This document shows, in pieces, positions 40,201 to 54,153 of a stretch of DNA of 64,000 bases; the stretch's first letter is position 1; each line of letters opens with the position of its first letter. The translations under genes and the position numbers were made by a program. Origin of the DNA: Isurus oxyrinchus. Taxonomy: Eukaryota. The notes beneath the pieces were generated by a model. That model saw only the letters and a list, made by a program, of their open reading frames with translations, did not search any database and was not told the origin of the DNA. The stretch is from positions 124,001 to 188,000 of the forward strand of contig JANJGN010000140.1 of the NCBI GenBank assembly GCA_026770705.1. The letters are read 5' to 3'.

Positions 40201-41055
40201 CTGTCTCAGTTTATATTGATTCAGACACTGTATCAGTAATCATTGCACTAGCCACTGTCCTCATTTTTATTTATCTAGGCCCTGCATCAGTAATCGCTGC
40301 ACTATGGCCTGCCTCAGCTTATATCAATCCATATTCTGTATAAGTTACCAATTCGCTCGACCCTGTTTCAGTTTATATTAGTCCACAACCTGTATCAATA
40401 ATGACAGAGCTAGAAAATGCCTCAGTTTATGAGTCCAGATCCTGTATCAGTAATCACTGCAATGGCCCCCATCCCAGTACATATTTATATAGACCCTGGA
40501 TCAGTAATCACTGCACTAGCCCCTGTCTCTGTTTATATTGATCTAGACCCTGTGTCAGTAATCACTGCACTAGACCCAGCATCAGTTTATATCAATCTAA
40601 ACCCTCGAGCAGTAATCACTGCACTTGGCCTGTCTCAAGCTCTATTAATCCAGACCCTGTATCAGTAATCACTGCACTAGACCCTATCCCAGTTTATATT
40701 GATCTAGACCATGCATCATAATCAGTGCAATGGACACTGTCTCATTTTATATTAATCTAGGCCCTGTATCAGTAATCACTTCACTATGCCATGCCTCCAT
40801 TTTTATCAATCCATATCCTGTATCAGTAATCACTGCACTAGACCTTAACTCAGTTTGTATTAGTCCAGAACCTGTATCAGTAATGATAGAACTCAATACC
40901 TCCGTTTATTTTAGTCCAGACACTGTAACAGTGATCATTGCACTAGCCCCTGCCCCAGTTTATATTTATCTAGACCCTGTATCAATGATCACTGCACAAT
41001 GCCCTGTTTCAGTTTACATCAAGCCAGAGCCTGTATCAGTAATCGCAGCACTATA

Positions 41056-41413
41056 ATAAAAGCAAAAAAACTGTGGATGCTGGAAATCCAAAACAAAAAC
41101 AAAAATACCTGGAAAAACTCAGCAGGTCTGGCAGCATCTGGGGAGAGGAGCACAGTTAACATTTCGAGTCCGCATGACTCTTCAACAAACTAAGGAAAAA
41201 TAGAAAAGGGGTGAAATATATCTTATTAGCTTATATCCCACCACCACCACCGCACCCCCCCCCCCCACTTAAACCAGCTTATATTTCACCCCTTTTCTAT
41301 TTTTCCTTAGTTCTGTTGAAGAGTCATGTGGACTTGAAATGTTAACTGTGTTCCTCTCCCACAGATGCTGCCAGACCTGCTGAGTTCTTCTAGGTAATTT
41401 TGTTTTAGTTACT
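41056..41413. mobile_element. PLE 3'-end inverted dimer with 11-bp TSD
   Basis: 41056-41220 (-) and about 41280-41410 (+) are inverted copies; GCAGCACTATA at 41045-41055 and 41414-41424. Confidence 0.85.
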
Positions 41414-42100
41414 GCAGCACTATACCTTGTCTCAGTTTATATTAATCAAGACCCTGTATCAGTAATCACTCTACTGGACACTGCCTTCGTTTATATTGAT
41501 CTAGATCATGTATCAGTAATCACTGCACTTGGTCTTGTCTCAGTTTATGTTAGTCTAGATCCTTTATGAGTAATCATTGCATTAGCCCCTGCATCAGTTT
41601 ATATCAACCTAGACCTGGTAACAGTAATCACTGCACTTGGCCGCAACTCAAGTTTATTTAATCTAGACCCTGTATCAGTAATCACTGCACTGGACACTGT
41701 CCTAGTTTATTTTTTATCTCAGCCCGCTATGAGTAATCACTGCACTATGGCTTGCCTCAATGTATATCAACCTTGACCCTGTATCAGTAATCACTGCACA
41801 GGGCATTGAGTGAATTTATATTGATCAAGATCCTGTATCTATAAACACTGGACTAGACCCTGTCCCAGTTTATATTAATCTAAATCCTGTGTCTGTAATC
41901 ACTGCACTCAAGCATGTCTCAGTTTATATTAATCTAGATCCTGTATCAGTTATCATTGCACATGAGCCTGTCTCAGTTTGCATTAATCTAATCACTGTAT
42001 CAGTAAGCATTGCACTAGGCCCTGTCTCAGTTCATGATAATCTAGACCCTTCATTAGTAAGCACTGCACTAGGCACTGTCTCAGTTTATATCAATCTGGA

Positions 42101-43410
42101 TAAAAGCAAAATAGTGTGGATGCTGGAACTCTGAAAGAATAGCATAAAATGCTGGGACATCACAGCAGGTCTGACAGCACCTGTGGTGAGAGAAGCAGAG
42201 CTAACTTTCTGAGACCGTATGACCTTCCTCAGAGCTAAAGAGAAGTCAAAATGTGATGACATTTGCTGTTTAAGTGGGGTGGAGCAGGTCAGGCTAGATA
42301 GAAGACAAGCAATAGGTAGGAGTCAGGTGACACTGCCAAACATATCATAGGCAAACAGAAAAAGGGAGTGTTAATGGCAGTAGTAAGGCTAAAGTAGGTG
42401 CTAATAGAGTCATAAAGGTAAGAAAGCAGAATGTGTTAACAGCAGAGCCAGAATCAGCACACTGTGAAAGAACAACATGGGATAAGTAACTGATGGCCCT
42501 TTTGGGGGTGTGGTAGGGGTGTTTGGGGAAAAACAGTATAAAAAGGAACGAAAAAGGAGATAAAAAGAGGATAAAACAATGAATAAATAAATAAGGCTGT
42601 AAAGTGCATAATCGGAAGATGAGTTTCTGTTCCTCCAGTTTGCATTGGCTTCACTGGGGCAATGCAGCAGGTCAAAGAGGGACATGTGGGTATCAGAGAA
42701 GGATGGCGTGTTGAAATTGCAAGTGACAGGAAGGACTAGGTCATGCTTGCAGATAGACCGAAGGTGTTCTACAAAGCGGTCTGCCAGTCTGTGTTTGGTG
42801 TCCCCAATCTAGAGGAGACAGCATTGGGAGCATCGAATGCAGTCGACCAAATTGAAGGAGGTGCAATGAAGTGGTGCTTCACCTGAAAGGAGTGTTTGGG
42901 CCCTTGGACGGTGAGGAGGGAGGAGGTAAATGGGCAGGTGTTGCATCTTCTCTGATTGCTTGGGAAGGTGCCATGGGAAGCTATGAGGTGTTGCGGATGA
43001 TGGAGGAGTGGACCAGGGTGTCTCGGAGGGAACGGTCCCTGTGGAATGCTGACAGGGGTGGGGGTGGAGTGGTGAGGGGAAGGTGTGTTTGGTGGTGGCA
43101 TCATGTTGGGATTAGCAGAAAAGACGGAGGATGATCCTTCAAATGTGGGGGTGGTGGGATGAAATATGAGGAAAAGGAGGACCTTATCATGATTCTGGGA
43201 GAGAGGGGAATGTGTGAAAGCAGGGATGCGGGAGATGGGTCGGACACAGTTGAGGGCCCTGTCAACCACAGTGGGTGGGTAACCTTGGTTAAGGAATAAG
43301 AAAAGCATGTCAGAAGCATCATTTTGGATAGTGGCATCATCGGAACAGATGTGAAGGAGGTGAACGAACTAAGAGAATGGAATGGCGTTTTTCCAGCATT
43401 TTCTGTTTTT
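42101..43410 (-). mobile_element. Older degenerate Penelope-like element
   Basis: FLNQGYPPTVVDRALN and CNTCPFTSSLLTVQGPKHSFQVK are homologous to 36050-36460. Confidence 0.88.
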
Positions 43411-44078
43411 ATATCAACCTTGATCCTGTATTAGTAATTACTGCATTGGACCCTTCCTCCGTTGACATTAATCTCGGCCCTGTATAAGTAATTACTTCAC
43501 TAGACCCTGTCTCAATTTATATCAATCTAAACCCTGTATCAGTACTCACTGCACTAGGCCCTGTCTCAGCCTATAATAATCCAGGCCCTGTATCAGGAAT
43601 CACTGCACTAGACCCTGCCTCAGCTTATGTCAATCGAGGCCCTGTTTTAATAATTCCTATACATCCCCTGTTCAATTTATTTCACACCCTCATTTGTAAC
43701 TGTAAATGCTAGATTACACTTTGCTTAAGTTATTGTTGTACAGGTGAACGTCACTGCTAATAGTACAATGGGCCTTATCTTGTTTATTATTGCAGCCGTC
43801 CATATCTCTACTTGTGTTGCAATTGGTCCTTTCCCAGTTATCACTGCACCTGGCGCTGCTGCAGTTTATATCATGCATATCATGCGCCAGTTATTACTAC
43901 ATTAGGCCGTGCTTCTGTGCACACTCCAATTAACCCTTATCCAGTTCGCACTGTAGTACAACCATGTTTTAATTTATATTTCACTGCAAATTGTGTTTCG
44001 TTGTTTTACACTGAACCATGCTTCAGTTATCACTGCCCTTGACCTGCTGAACTTGTCTCACTGATGACTGTACCGGAC

Positions 44079-44742
44079 CATACGATCACACGAGCATACG
44101 AACAATGAGCATGAGTAGGCCATTCAGCCCCTCGAGCTTGCTCCACCATTTAATAATATCATGGCTGAACGGATAGTAACATGAAATCTGCATCCTGCCG
44201 ACCCCCGATAACTTATCACCCCCTTGCTTACCAAGAATCTGTCCATCTCTGCCTCAAGGCTCTGCTTCCACTGCCTTTTTAGGGAGAGAGTCCCAAAGAC
44301 TCATGACCCTGAGAGTGAAAATATTCACTTCATCTCTGTTTTACATGGGCGACCTCTTATTTTTAAACAGTGATCCCTAGTTCCAGATTCTCCCACAAGA
44401 GGAAACATCCTCTCCACATCCACCCTGTCAAGACCCCTCAGGATCTTATATATTTCAGTCGTCACCTCTTACTCTTCTGAACTCCAGAAGACATAAGCCT
44501 AGCCTGGCCAACCATTCCTCAGTAGGCAACCCACCCATTCCAAGTATTAGTCCAATAAACCTTCTCTGAACCTCTTACAACACATTTACATCCTTCCTTA
44601 AATAAGGTGACCAATACAGTAGACAATACACGAAACATGATCTCACGGGTGCCCTGTATAGCTGAAGCATAACTTCCATACATTTGTATTTAATTCCTCT
44701 TGCAATAAATTATAACATTCTATTAGTTTTCCCAATTATTTA
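44079..44742 (-). mobile_element. CR1-type LINE 3' fragment
   Basis: Similar to 2466-3110. Confidence 0.8.
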
Positions 44743-45012
44743 CCATTTCTCCTTTTATCTTTCTCTCAGCATTGTATCAGTGTATATAATGCTATCTGCA
44801 GTTTAACTTATTAATGCACTGGACAATGTTTCTATATACACTACAATTGACCTTTTCTCAGTTATTACTGCACTAGACTATGTCTCTATCTCTACTACAT
44901 TATATGATGCTTCATTTATTAATGCACATAGCCGTGCCTCTATATATACTGCAAGTGACAATTCCTGAGCTTCTGTTGCATTGCACAAAGCTTCCGTTTG
45001 TATTTTATTAGG

Positions 45013-46178
45013 ATTTATCTGACAACCAAATTGTAAGAAAAGTTATTGCTCATGGAATAAAAGGGACAGAAGCAATGTGGATACAAAATTAGCTGAAAAA
45101 AAGGAAGCAGGGAGTAATGGTCAATTAATATTTTTCGGGCTGGAGGAATGTTTGTAGTGCAGTTCCCCAGGGGTCGGTATTGGGACCCTTGCTTTTCCTG
45201 ATATATATTAACCATCTAGGCATTGGTGTGCAGGAGACAATTTGAAAGTTTGCGGATGATACGAAGCTTGGGAGTGTTGCAAACTGCCAGGGGAATGGTG
45301 TGGAACTTCAAGAGGACACAGACAAGTTGGTGGAGTGGGCAGATAGGTGGCAGATGAAATTCAATGTGGAGAAGTGTGAGGTGATGCATTTTGGTAAGAG
45401 GAACATGGACAGGCAAAATAAATAAGGGGTGGAGTTTTGAAAGGAGTGCAGGAGCAGAAAGACTTGGGTGTAGATATGCATAGATCTTTGAAAGTGGCAG
45501 GACAGGTGGAGAGAGCAGTTAATAAAGCATATAGTATCCTGCGCTCTATTAATAGGGGCATAGAGTACAAGAGCAGGGAGGTTATGTTGAATTTATATAA
45601 GGCCCTCATTAGACCTCAGCTGGAATATTGTGTACCGTTCTTTGTACCATATTATAGGAAGGATGTGAATATATTGGAGAGAGTGCTGAAGTGGTTTAGA
45701 AGAATGTTCCCAGGGATGAGAAACTTCAGTTATGAGGGGAGATTGGAGAAGTTGGGATTGTGTTCCATGGAGGAGAAGGCTGAGAGGAGATTTGATTGAA
45801 GTTTTCAACATCATGAGTGGGCTGGATAGAGTAGAGAGGAAGAAACTGTTCCCATTTGTAAAGGGATAAAGAATGAGAGGGCACAGGTTTAAAGTGATTT
45901 GCAAAAGAAGCAAATGTGACGTCAGAACTTACTTTTTCACACAACGAGTGGTTCAGCCTGGAATACACTGCCTGGAAGTGTGAGGGAAGCAGGTTCAACT
46001 GAGGCATTCAAGAGGGCATTAAATGATTATTTGAATAGAAACAAAGTGCTAGGGTGCGGGGAAAAGCCAGGGAAATGGCACTAGGTCAGAATGCCCATTT
46101 GGAGAGCCGATGCAGACAAGTTGGGCCGAATGGCCTCCTTCTGTACCGTTAAAGTTCTGTGATTCTATGATTCTGTGA
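45013..46178 (+). mobile_element. CR1-type LINE 3' 1.2 kb
   Basis: [52 protein letters not shown]; tail (ttctgtga)n. Confidence 0.9.
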
Positions 46179-46784
46179 TATTACGTTTTAGGCTGCTTCA
46201 TTCATCACTGTACTCTTCTATGTCTCACCTTATATTAGAAAGGCCCTATCCCATTTATTAATACACTAGACATAGTCTCAGTTATTACTGCATGATAAAA
46301 GGTCTCTACTAACTGGATAGAGCTGGAGAGAGAGCCAGGTGGACAGGTGGGTATTAATTTTTAAATTGTTATAATATCCTGTAGGTAAAAGTGTGTTGGA
46401 AGAGTACATTTAGTCTTGTTAATAACTATTAGACGTCGTGTGCAATTTCTAATTGCTCTAGTGTGATGTGTGTAATGTTTGTGTTGAAAGTTTGGGGTGA
46501 ATCTTGTAACATTCCCTTCATCAATGAGATTGAGGAATAGAAATAAAGGTGAACCACATTGCATTGCACACTGCACAACTTAGTCACAAACTGCATTGTG
46601 TTGGAGATGACTGATTCATACTTGACTTTATCTATGACAATTGCTCACAGTTTCTTTAATTTCCAGATATTTTTCCCTCTTTCAACAGAAATTTCTGTTC
46701 ACTTTTGGCGTGGTCACTGATTGCGACAGACAGGGTCTGAAGCCGCATCCTCAGGCAAATGGGCGGCTGCAGTCTCCTAATAAC

Positions 46785-46912
46785 NNNNNNNNNNNNNNNN
46801 NNNNNNNNNNNNNNNNNNNNNNNNNNNNNNNNNNNNNNNNNNNNNNNNNNNNNNNNNNNNNNNNNNNNNNNNNNNNNNNNNNNNNNNNNNNNNNNNNNNN
46901 NNNNNNNNNNNN
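46785..46912. other. Assembly gap
   Basis: Run of N. Confidence 1.
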
Positions 46913-49696
46913 TCTGCGTGGCTGAGTGTGTGCTTGTGCCTGTGCGTGTGTGTGGCTGTGTGTGTGAATGTGTGCAGCTATATGTGTGGTGCGGGTACGT
47001 CTAGAACATATCATGCTTCATTGCTTTCAAAAGACATTGTAATTATTTTTCAACACATTACGATAGTTTATTGAGAATATGCTGCCTATGCTGCCGTTAA
47101 TATTTATCGGTAATGCATTGTCTTGAGTGCTCTGGAAAGTAATGTCAAGCTGGCCATTCCATTGTCAAGGAAAATACATCTTTAAAATGACTCACTGAAC
47201 CTCTTCCCTCTCTTCCTCTGTCTCAGACTATACCTAAATCAGTTAACCTCTCTTCTCTCTCTCAGACTTCACTTTACTCACTTACACAGAATCACAAGGG
47301 CTGGATCTGGCAGCTTCAAGGAACCAATGTTTAAATCTTTTGCTTAAGGCACATTATCACTGAAAAAATTTAGCACCAAAATCTCATCAGAGGAAAATTC
47401 AGTGCCATAAAGACACCAGCTCACTCACTTAACTTCTCTCATCTCTTTCTCTGAGGCAGCACCAAACCCTCTTAAAACTTTCCATTTTAGAATAACCCCC
47501 TGTGAGCGGTGTTATTGTTTTAATTTCCCCTTTTCTCCCAGTGATAACATTCAGTCAATCTCGTCTTCAGTTAATATGTTGTAACCAAAATAACCTCATT
47601 TATTTAATTCTTTAAATTTGGAATAGAGTTGAATGTTATGCTGAGACTGGCAACAATCTGTGTGGTTGTTCTTGATGCTGTCAGAGTGAGTTCACCCTCA
47701 CAGGCAGGAAGACTGTTCACGGTGATAACATAAAACTGACACCTGCTGTTTCATTCTCAGGTAACACAACTTCCTGTTTCTCTGCTGCCGGTTCCTAACC
47801 GCACATCTCACTTCTGAGCAGAAAATAAATCCAGGGCCACAATCTGGTGAGAACATCTGTCAAGGCGGCTTATTTCTGGCCACAGAGTCAGGGCAGAATC
47901 ACACAGATCACATTGCGGTGACATTTACAAATGAGACCGTGTGATCCATTTAGAGCTTCCATTTCCAGGACATCGCTGGATGGTCAGTCATTGAGCTCCC
48001 TCGAGTCCCTGAAGCGGGGAAATGAGATCTTAAAAGCTTTCATTTTTCGTTGTTATGCTCCACCACCCGCCCCCACTCTAATTCCCCCTCCACACCCCAC
48101 CAACCCCCCTCTCCCCCACCCGCCATGCACACACACTCCCTACACATGCACTTTCCCTCGAAACTTGTTTCCTCTGTATATCTGCAACATTCCGTCTCCC
48201 TTTTTCATTTTAAGTTTCCTTCCCTTAGTTTTATTTCTGTCTCTTTCTCTGTGTATCTCTCTCCACCTCCCTGTGTGTCGATTAAATAGAAGCGTTCAAA
48301 ATCATGAAAGGTTTGTTAGTGTGAATGAAGAGAGACTATTTCAACTGGTAGGAGGGTCGGTAACCAGGAGACGCAAATTTACTTTGTTGAACAGGAAGAC
48401 AGGAGGATAATTGTTTATTTTTTTAACACGGCGAGTTGTTCTGAACTGGAATGCACAGCTTGGAAGGGTGATGGCACCAGACTAATAATAACTTTGTAAA
48501 ATGAATTCTATAAATAATTAAAGGCGTTAACAATTGAAGGATTACAGGGAATGGGGCCAATTGAAATGGTCATCTATATCACTGTCCCAGCACCTTTCCT
48601 GTATCTACCTCGGTCCCTCATTGAGCCCAAATAAAATGCAGTAATTTTACAGCTTTCGTCTTCTGTTAACCCTGTCTTTTGACAGCGCTTGAGTGCGTGT
48701 GAGTCGATAATTGCCAAGAATCATTCAGAAGTTCACTACTATTTACAAACCACTTTTTTGAACAAAATAATAACACTGAGTAGTGCTTGTTTAGTAGAAA
48801 GCACGATTATCTTTAACATTTTAGGCTCTGATTCTTCCTCTGGTGAGGTTTTGGTGTTTAATCCTTTCAGTCATCATGTGCCTCAAGCTGAAGATTTAAA
48901 CATTGGCGTGTTTGGCCCTTGCGTGTCTGTGTAAATGGAGAACTGTCGGTAAGAATGAGAGGGAACAGATTATTTTCTGTTCCTCTGACAGATGCAGCAT
49001 TGATCCTTCAGATATCAGAAATCTCTGGAGTCCGCCTTGATGGTCCTCCCCTTGGGTAGAACATCTTTTAGTCAGGTGGAGTCAGTCTCCCGGGCCTCTG
49101 TCATGATGTTTCCGCTCCGTTTTTACCGCACAAATCCCTGGGTCACTCACCATAACACAGAAGCCTGTGCTAATGCCCTAAACATCATTGCTTCCTCACA
49201 CTTTCACACCCTAATACAGTCAGATGTGCATGAGATCCCCTGCCTCTCTTTATGTTAGATTACCAGCAGCCTTTGTTACTGACACACTGGGGCCGGCCTC
49301 TGTGATTATTATTGGACCAGGACTCAGTCTGGCCCGGGCCCGGCAGTCAGAATTCCCTTTGCAAATGCAAGGAGTCAGAGGTTGTTTTTTTTTTTGGAGA
49401 GGGCGCGAAGGTCAAAGCAGCAACAATGTCCCAGGAACCCGTCCTTTGCTGGATAGAGGAACTGTCCAGAGTTTCTCTGTCTTTAATTCCTCCTCCTGAG
49501 TGTAAGGAAATAATGGATAAAAGAACTGAAAGGCTGACATATAAACTATTACTGTGAGCACTGGCCGTTATTAAGTGGTCAACTCTCTGGATTGAGGCTT
49601 CAACCCACAACCGTTTGACCCATGGGTAAAAGTGATGCTAATTCGTCAATTCTGACATAATGTCAGTTACCATTGCATTAGTACAACGGCGACATA

Positions 49697-50115
49697 TGGC
49701 AGATGCTAGAAATTTAATATAAAAACCGAATGTGCTGGAAATCCTCAACAGGGCAGACAGCAGGTGTCGAGCCTGTTTGTTTTCCAGATCGTCATATACT
49801 TTGCAGCCTTGGGGAAAGGGTGGAGAGGCGGGAGGATTTTGGAGGCTGATTGCAAACCGGCGTTCTGTCACACCAACACTTTTCCCGTGGTCAACGGAGC
49901 TGGGCGTGGAATCTGAACATAGATCTTACAGCTCAAAAGCAGGAGGACCGCCAACTGTACCACTCGGGAGTGCAGTGGCTGTGGAGAGAAGTGGAGTTAA
50001 AGTTTCTAATCGATGACTCCAGTTCTGCTGAAGGGTCATCGCCATGAAACGTTCAATCTGTTTATCGCCACAGATTCTGTCTGACCTGCAGAGTGATTCC
50101 AGAATGTTATGTTGC
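49697..50115. mobile_element. Old PLE 3'-end remnants (inverted piece, then a + copy)
   Basis: 'gcagatgctagaaat...tgctggaaatcctcaacagg' and 'tctgctgaagggtcatcgccatgaaacgtt'. Confidence 0.5.
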
Positions 50116-50119
50116 ATTT

Positions 50120-51200
50120 GCTATTACACTAGACTGTGTCAGTGTTATTGCACCAACTCCATCCCATTCATATTTCAGTCGTGCTTGACTATTATTAGGC
50201 ATTAGGCAAAAGATTTGCTATTGTATCAACTGGCGCTGTCTCATACAAACTATTATATCAGACCCAACTTCGATTTCGGTGGATCAGGTGCTGACTGTAT
50301 CCTTATCACACTGGATCCAGTGATGTATTCAGTGATTCACTGCTATCCTCTGTTATCATCAAACATTGCACTAATTACACAGCTTTACCGCTTTTAATCT
50401 GTTCTCTATATCCAATCTCATTGTATAAAACGCTGTCTCTGTAATGGTTGCCCGAAGAGCTTACATGTCATTCAATTCTAGTGCAAACCTCTCTCATTAT
50501 TTCTGAAATCAGTTTTCAGTAGTAACCTGATTCTGATATTGTTAACGTTGACCGTGTTTCTGCTAGTGTTTCGCCATGACCTCTTTCAGTTGTTATTTTA
50601 TACGAAGTATTTTTGTTATTATGATCACACAAATATCGGTTCATTCGGTGTTATACCAAGTCCTCCCTCTCTCTTATTCCTGAACTAGCCAATTTCTCTG
50701 TTTATTTGACTCCTTGGGTCAATTTGTGTTATCACCGCACTAGCACATGCCTCTGCCTGTACTACACTAGGTATTGTGCCTGTTATTACTTACACTAGCC
50801 GATACCTATGTTTATATTACACCAGGTCCTGTCTCTGATATTACTGCACGGGCCCATATCCCTGGTTATACAACACCAGGCTTTGTCTCTTTTATTACTT
50901 CATTAGCTGATATCTCCTTTTATATTAAACCAGATACTGTCTCTGTTATTAATGCAGTAGTCCATATCTCTGCTTATGTTACACCAGGTCCGGTGTCTGA
51001 TATTACTGCACGAGCCCATATCCTTGGTTATATAACACCAGGTCTTGTCTCTGTTATTAATTCATTAGTCGATATCTCCTTTTATGTTAAACCAGATACT
51101 GCCTCTGTTATTAATGCAGTAACCCATATCTCTGCTTATGTTACATCAAGTTCGGTCTCTTTTTATACTCGACTAGGCCCTGGTTTATTTTCGTTAAGAT
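50120..51200 (+). repeat. Degenerate 27-bp minisatellite with a 162-bp (6x27) tandem duplication at 50821-51145
   Basis: 'accaggtcc..tctgatattactgcacg' at 50821 and 50983. Confidence 0.7.
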
Positions 51201-52399
51201 TACATTGAATATGCAACCTGCAGTTGAACTAATCTGTCCAAACATGATTCGAGTGGTTGTGGTGGGATTTGTGAAGAAAGCAGTTAAAAAAAAGTGGAAA
51301 CAGAAATTCTGAAAGTCTCTGGAGAGCAGCAGGAGTTTCACTCCTTCCCATCAACAGGAAAAATAAACCGGAGAATTACAGGTGTATTAGTCTCATGTCA
51401 GGTGTAGGTTAAGTTTGATTTTTGCCATCACTTGCACAAATCATCACACATTCGAGATTATCAGGAGCTTCTGTGAGATATTGAGGTGATCATTTGTTAA
51501 TAAACTGTTGGTTCTTCTGGATGTGATTTAATCCGCTTTAAAACTGATCACCGGAGATAGATAAAGCACCTTAGAAACGAAATCGTCAGTCTGACATCAC
51601 TTTATAAACAAATGCACATAACAGACTGGTTATCACTAAATACCTGCAGTATTAAACAATCTACAATTTAACTAAATGCATAGTTTTGGATTTGAACACA
51701 ATCACTGAAGACAGGAGTCTGCTGAAAGTTGTCGCTGGGAGAAATGAAGAGAAATTGTGATAAAAAAAATTCTCCAAAGAGTGTTATTAGATATCAGGAG
51801 ATTCAAAATGAATAAGGGACTGTCTCAGAGCGAGAGAGAGAGAGAGCGGGGGTGTGGGGGGCGGGAGTTAGATGGTGGGTGGAGAGAGAGCGTGAGAGAG
51901 AGAGAAAGAAAGGTTGAGCGAGAGAGAGAGAGAAGAGGTTCAGTGAGTTAGACGCTGCCTCGGACAGAGAAACAAAGGACATTCAATGAGTTTGGTGATA
52001 AACATGCTCGTCTTAGTGACCGAAGTGTTAGTATGACATCACTTTCTCAGCAAAAGCAAACAACGAAACATGCTGTCAATAAATATTTACAGCACTAAAT
52101 AATCCGCAGTGACAGTTTGAGTAAAAGAAAATTAAATATTGAAACATTCGGGTAAAGATCATCATTTATCTTTGAGAAACGGCGGTATAAGCCAGAAGTA
52201 TGATTTTTTTCTATGCGGCACACATAACTGACCATATCTGATCCATCACTTCTTTGACTAAAACTAAATGAAAATAACTATCAGGTGCTGCAAAGAACGG
52301 GCCATCGAATACCGTCCGTTTTAGGCCAACGCCAGGGAACAATTCCCATCTCAACATCTTTGTGTATAATATTATCTCTCCAACTCACAGTTGCAGGAA

Positions 52400-54030
52400 T
52401 CACAGAGACATGGCCAAGCGTAGAAATAACCGAGGCAGGGATAGCGCACTAAGCACTGGGTCAATTGATATTAATCCTCTCTCGGGGCTAGAACAGTAAT
52501 GATTGATTCGGCACATGGATTAATAATACCCTAGACAGGGTCTGTTGCAATAATAACTCAGATTGCCTATAGTGTAAGATAAACAAAAACATGATCTAGT
52601 GGAATAAAAGCAGGGACAGGGGAAGTGTAATAAAAAGAGATGTCTGGATTAGTGCAGCAGCTACTAAGACAGGGTTTAGCGTTGTATATACAGACGCTGG
52701 GCCCAGAGCAGTAATAACTGAGACATTTCCGCTTGCAATACAACCAGAGCCACGGCCGAATTCAGGAGCAGCTGAGGCGAGGCCGAGCACTGAAATAACT
52801 GAGGCAGGAACTGGTGTAATATTATCATAGACATACTCTATTTCAGTATAATCAAGGTCAGGGTCTGGTGCAGTAATGCTGAGACAGGGCCGAGTGCACC
52901 AATTATTGATACAGCATCCACGGTAATACAAACGAAGGCTGGGCCTAGTATCAGCAATTATTGAGCCAGGATCTGGTGCAGTGATAACAGACTTGGCCTT
53001 GTGTAGTATAAACAGAGACATGGCCTACACAGAAATAACATTGTAATGTTGTAATAATATTTTAATATAAACAGAGGAAATGTCTAGTGTAATATTAACC
53101 GAGACAGGGTCTAGTGTAATATAAACTGAGAGAGGGTCTATTGTAATGTGAACACAGATGTGCTCTGGTGTAATATAAACCGAGACGGGCTCCAGTATAA
53201 TATTATCTGAGACGGGGTCTAATGTAATATAAACTGAGACAGGGTCGAGTGTTATATAAACTGAGATAGGGTCTAACAGAATATGAGCAAAAAGGTGATC
53301 TAGTGTAATATAAACAGAGGCATGATGTAGTGGAGTAAAATGTGAGGCAGTGCCGAGTGCAGTAATAATTGAGACAGTGTCTTGTGTAATATGAACACCG
53401 ACATGGTCTAGTTCAGTAATGACTGGGGCAGGATCTAGTGAAAGGAAATTGACACGGGGTCTGTTGCAGTTTCATCTGATATAGGATCTTGTCTAATATA
53501 AACTGAGGCAGCGCCTAGTGCAATAACTACCAACATAGGACCTGGATTAATATAAACAGAGATGTGGGCAAGTGCAGCAATAAGAAAGAGGCACGGTATT
53601 ATACAATAATAACAATGTCGGGGCATCGTGTGTTATAAGCAGAGACATAGACTGGTGCAGCGTTTGCCAAGACATCCCCTAGTTTAGTATAAACATGGCA
53701 AAGTCTAGTAGTGCAATAACTGAGACAGAGGCTCGTGTCATGTAAACAGGGACATGTTCTGGTTTCATATAAGTAGAGACAAGTACCAGTGCAGTAACAA
53801 CTGAGACATGGACTATTGTCATATTAGCCAAGACATGGTTTAGTGCAGTGATAACTGAGAGAATGTATAGTGTAACATGGTCTTTGTCCTGTATATTGAC
53901 TGAGATTGACCTATTATAGAAACAACTGAGACACAACCTGCTGTAATATGATCAGAGACATCACTGAGTGTAATATATACAGTCAAAGGTCAAATTTAAT
54001 ATGAATAGGGAAAGGGTTCAGTGCAGAAAT
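52400..54030 (-). repeat. 27-bp minisatellite, reverse orientation
   Basis: 'gtgtaatataaactgagacagggtcta' and 'gtgcagtaataactgagaca' units. Confidence 0.85.
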
Positions 54031-54153
54031 GATTGAGATTGCATGTTTCATATAATGTCAGTATTCACTGTTTCCCTGCCATCTATTGGACGGACTCTTC
54101 TATTGCAGATGTTGTGAAAATGTCGATTTTCGTTGCTGCTTCCGACATTAATG

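Larger units (their letters stand above)
27445..43640 (+). repeat. Large 54-bp (2x27) minisatellite array with nested LINE and PLE insertions
   Basis: CTAGACCCTGTATCAGTAATCACTGCA + CTAGGCCCTGTCTCAGTTTATATTAAT in hundreds of units; translates as spurious LDPVSVITALGPVSVYIN. Confidence 0.95.

Noticed and set aside
27445-43640. Repetitive DPVSVITALGPVSVYIN protein, or a CRISPR-like array
   Set aside because: 54-bp satellite with frequent stops and frameshifts; no unique spacers or cas genes; vertebrate DNA
49300-49570. V-like ending IKELKG*HINYYCEH
   Set aside because: No WY motif, first Cys context or RSS; too weak to call
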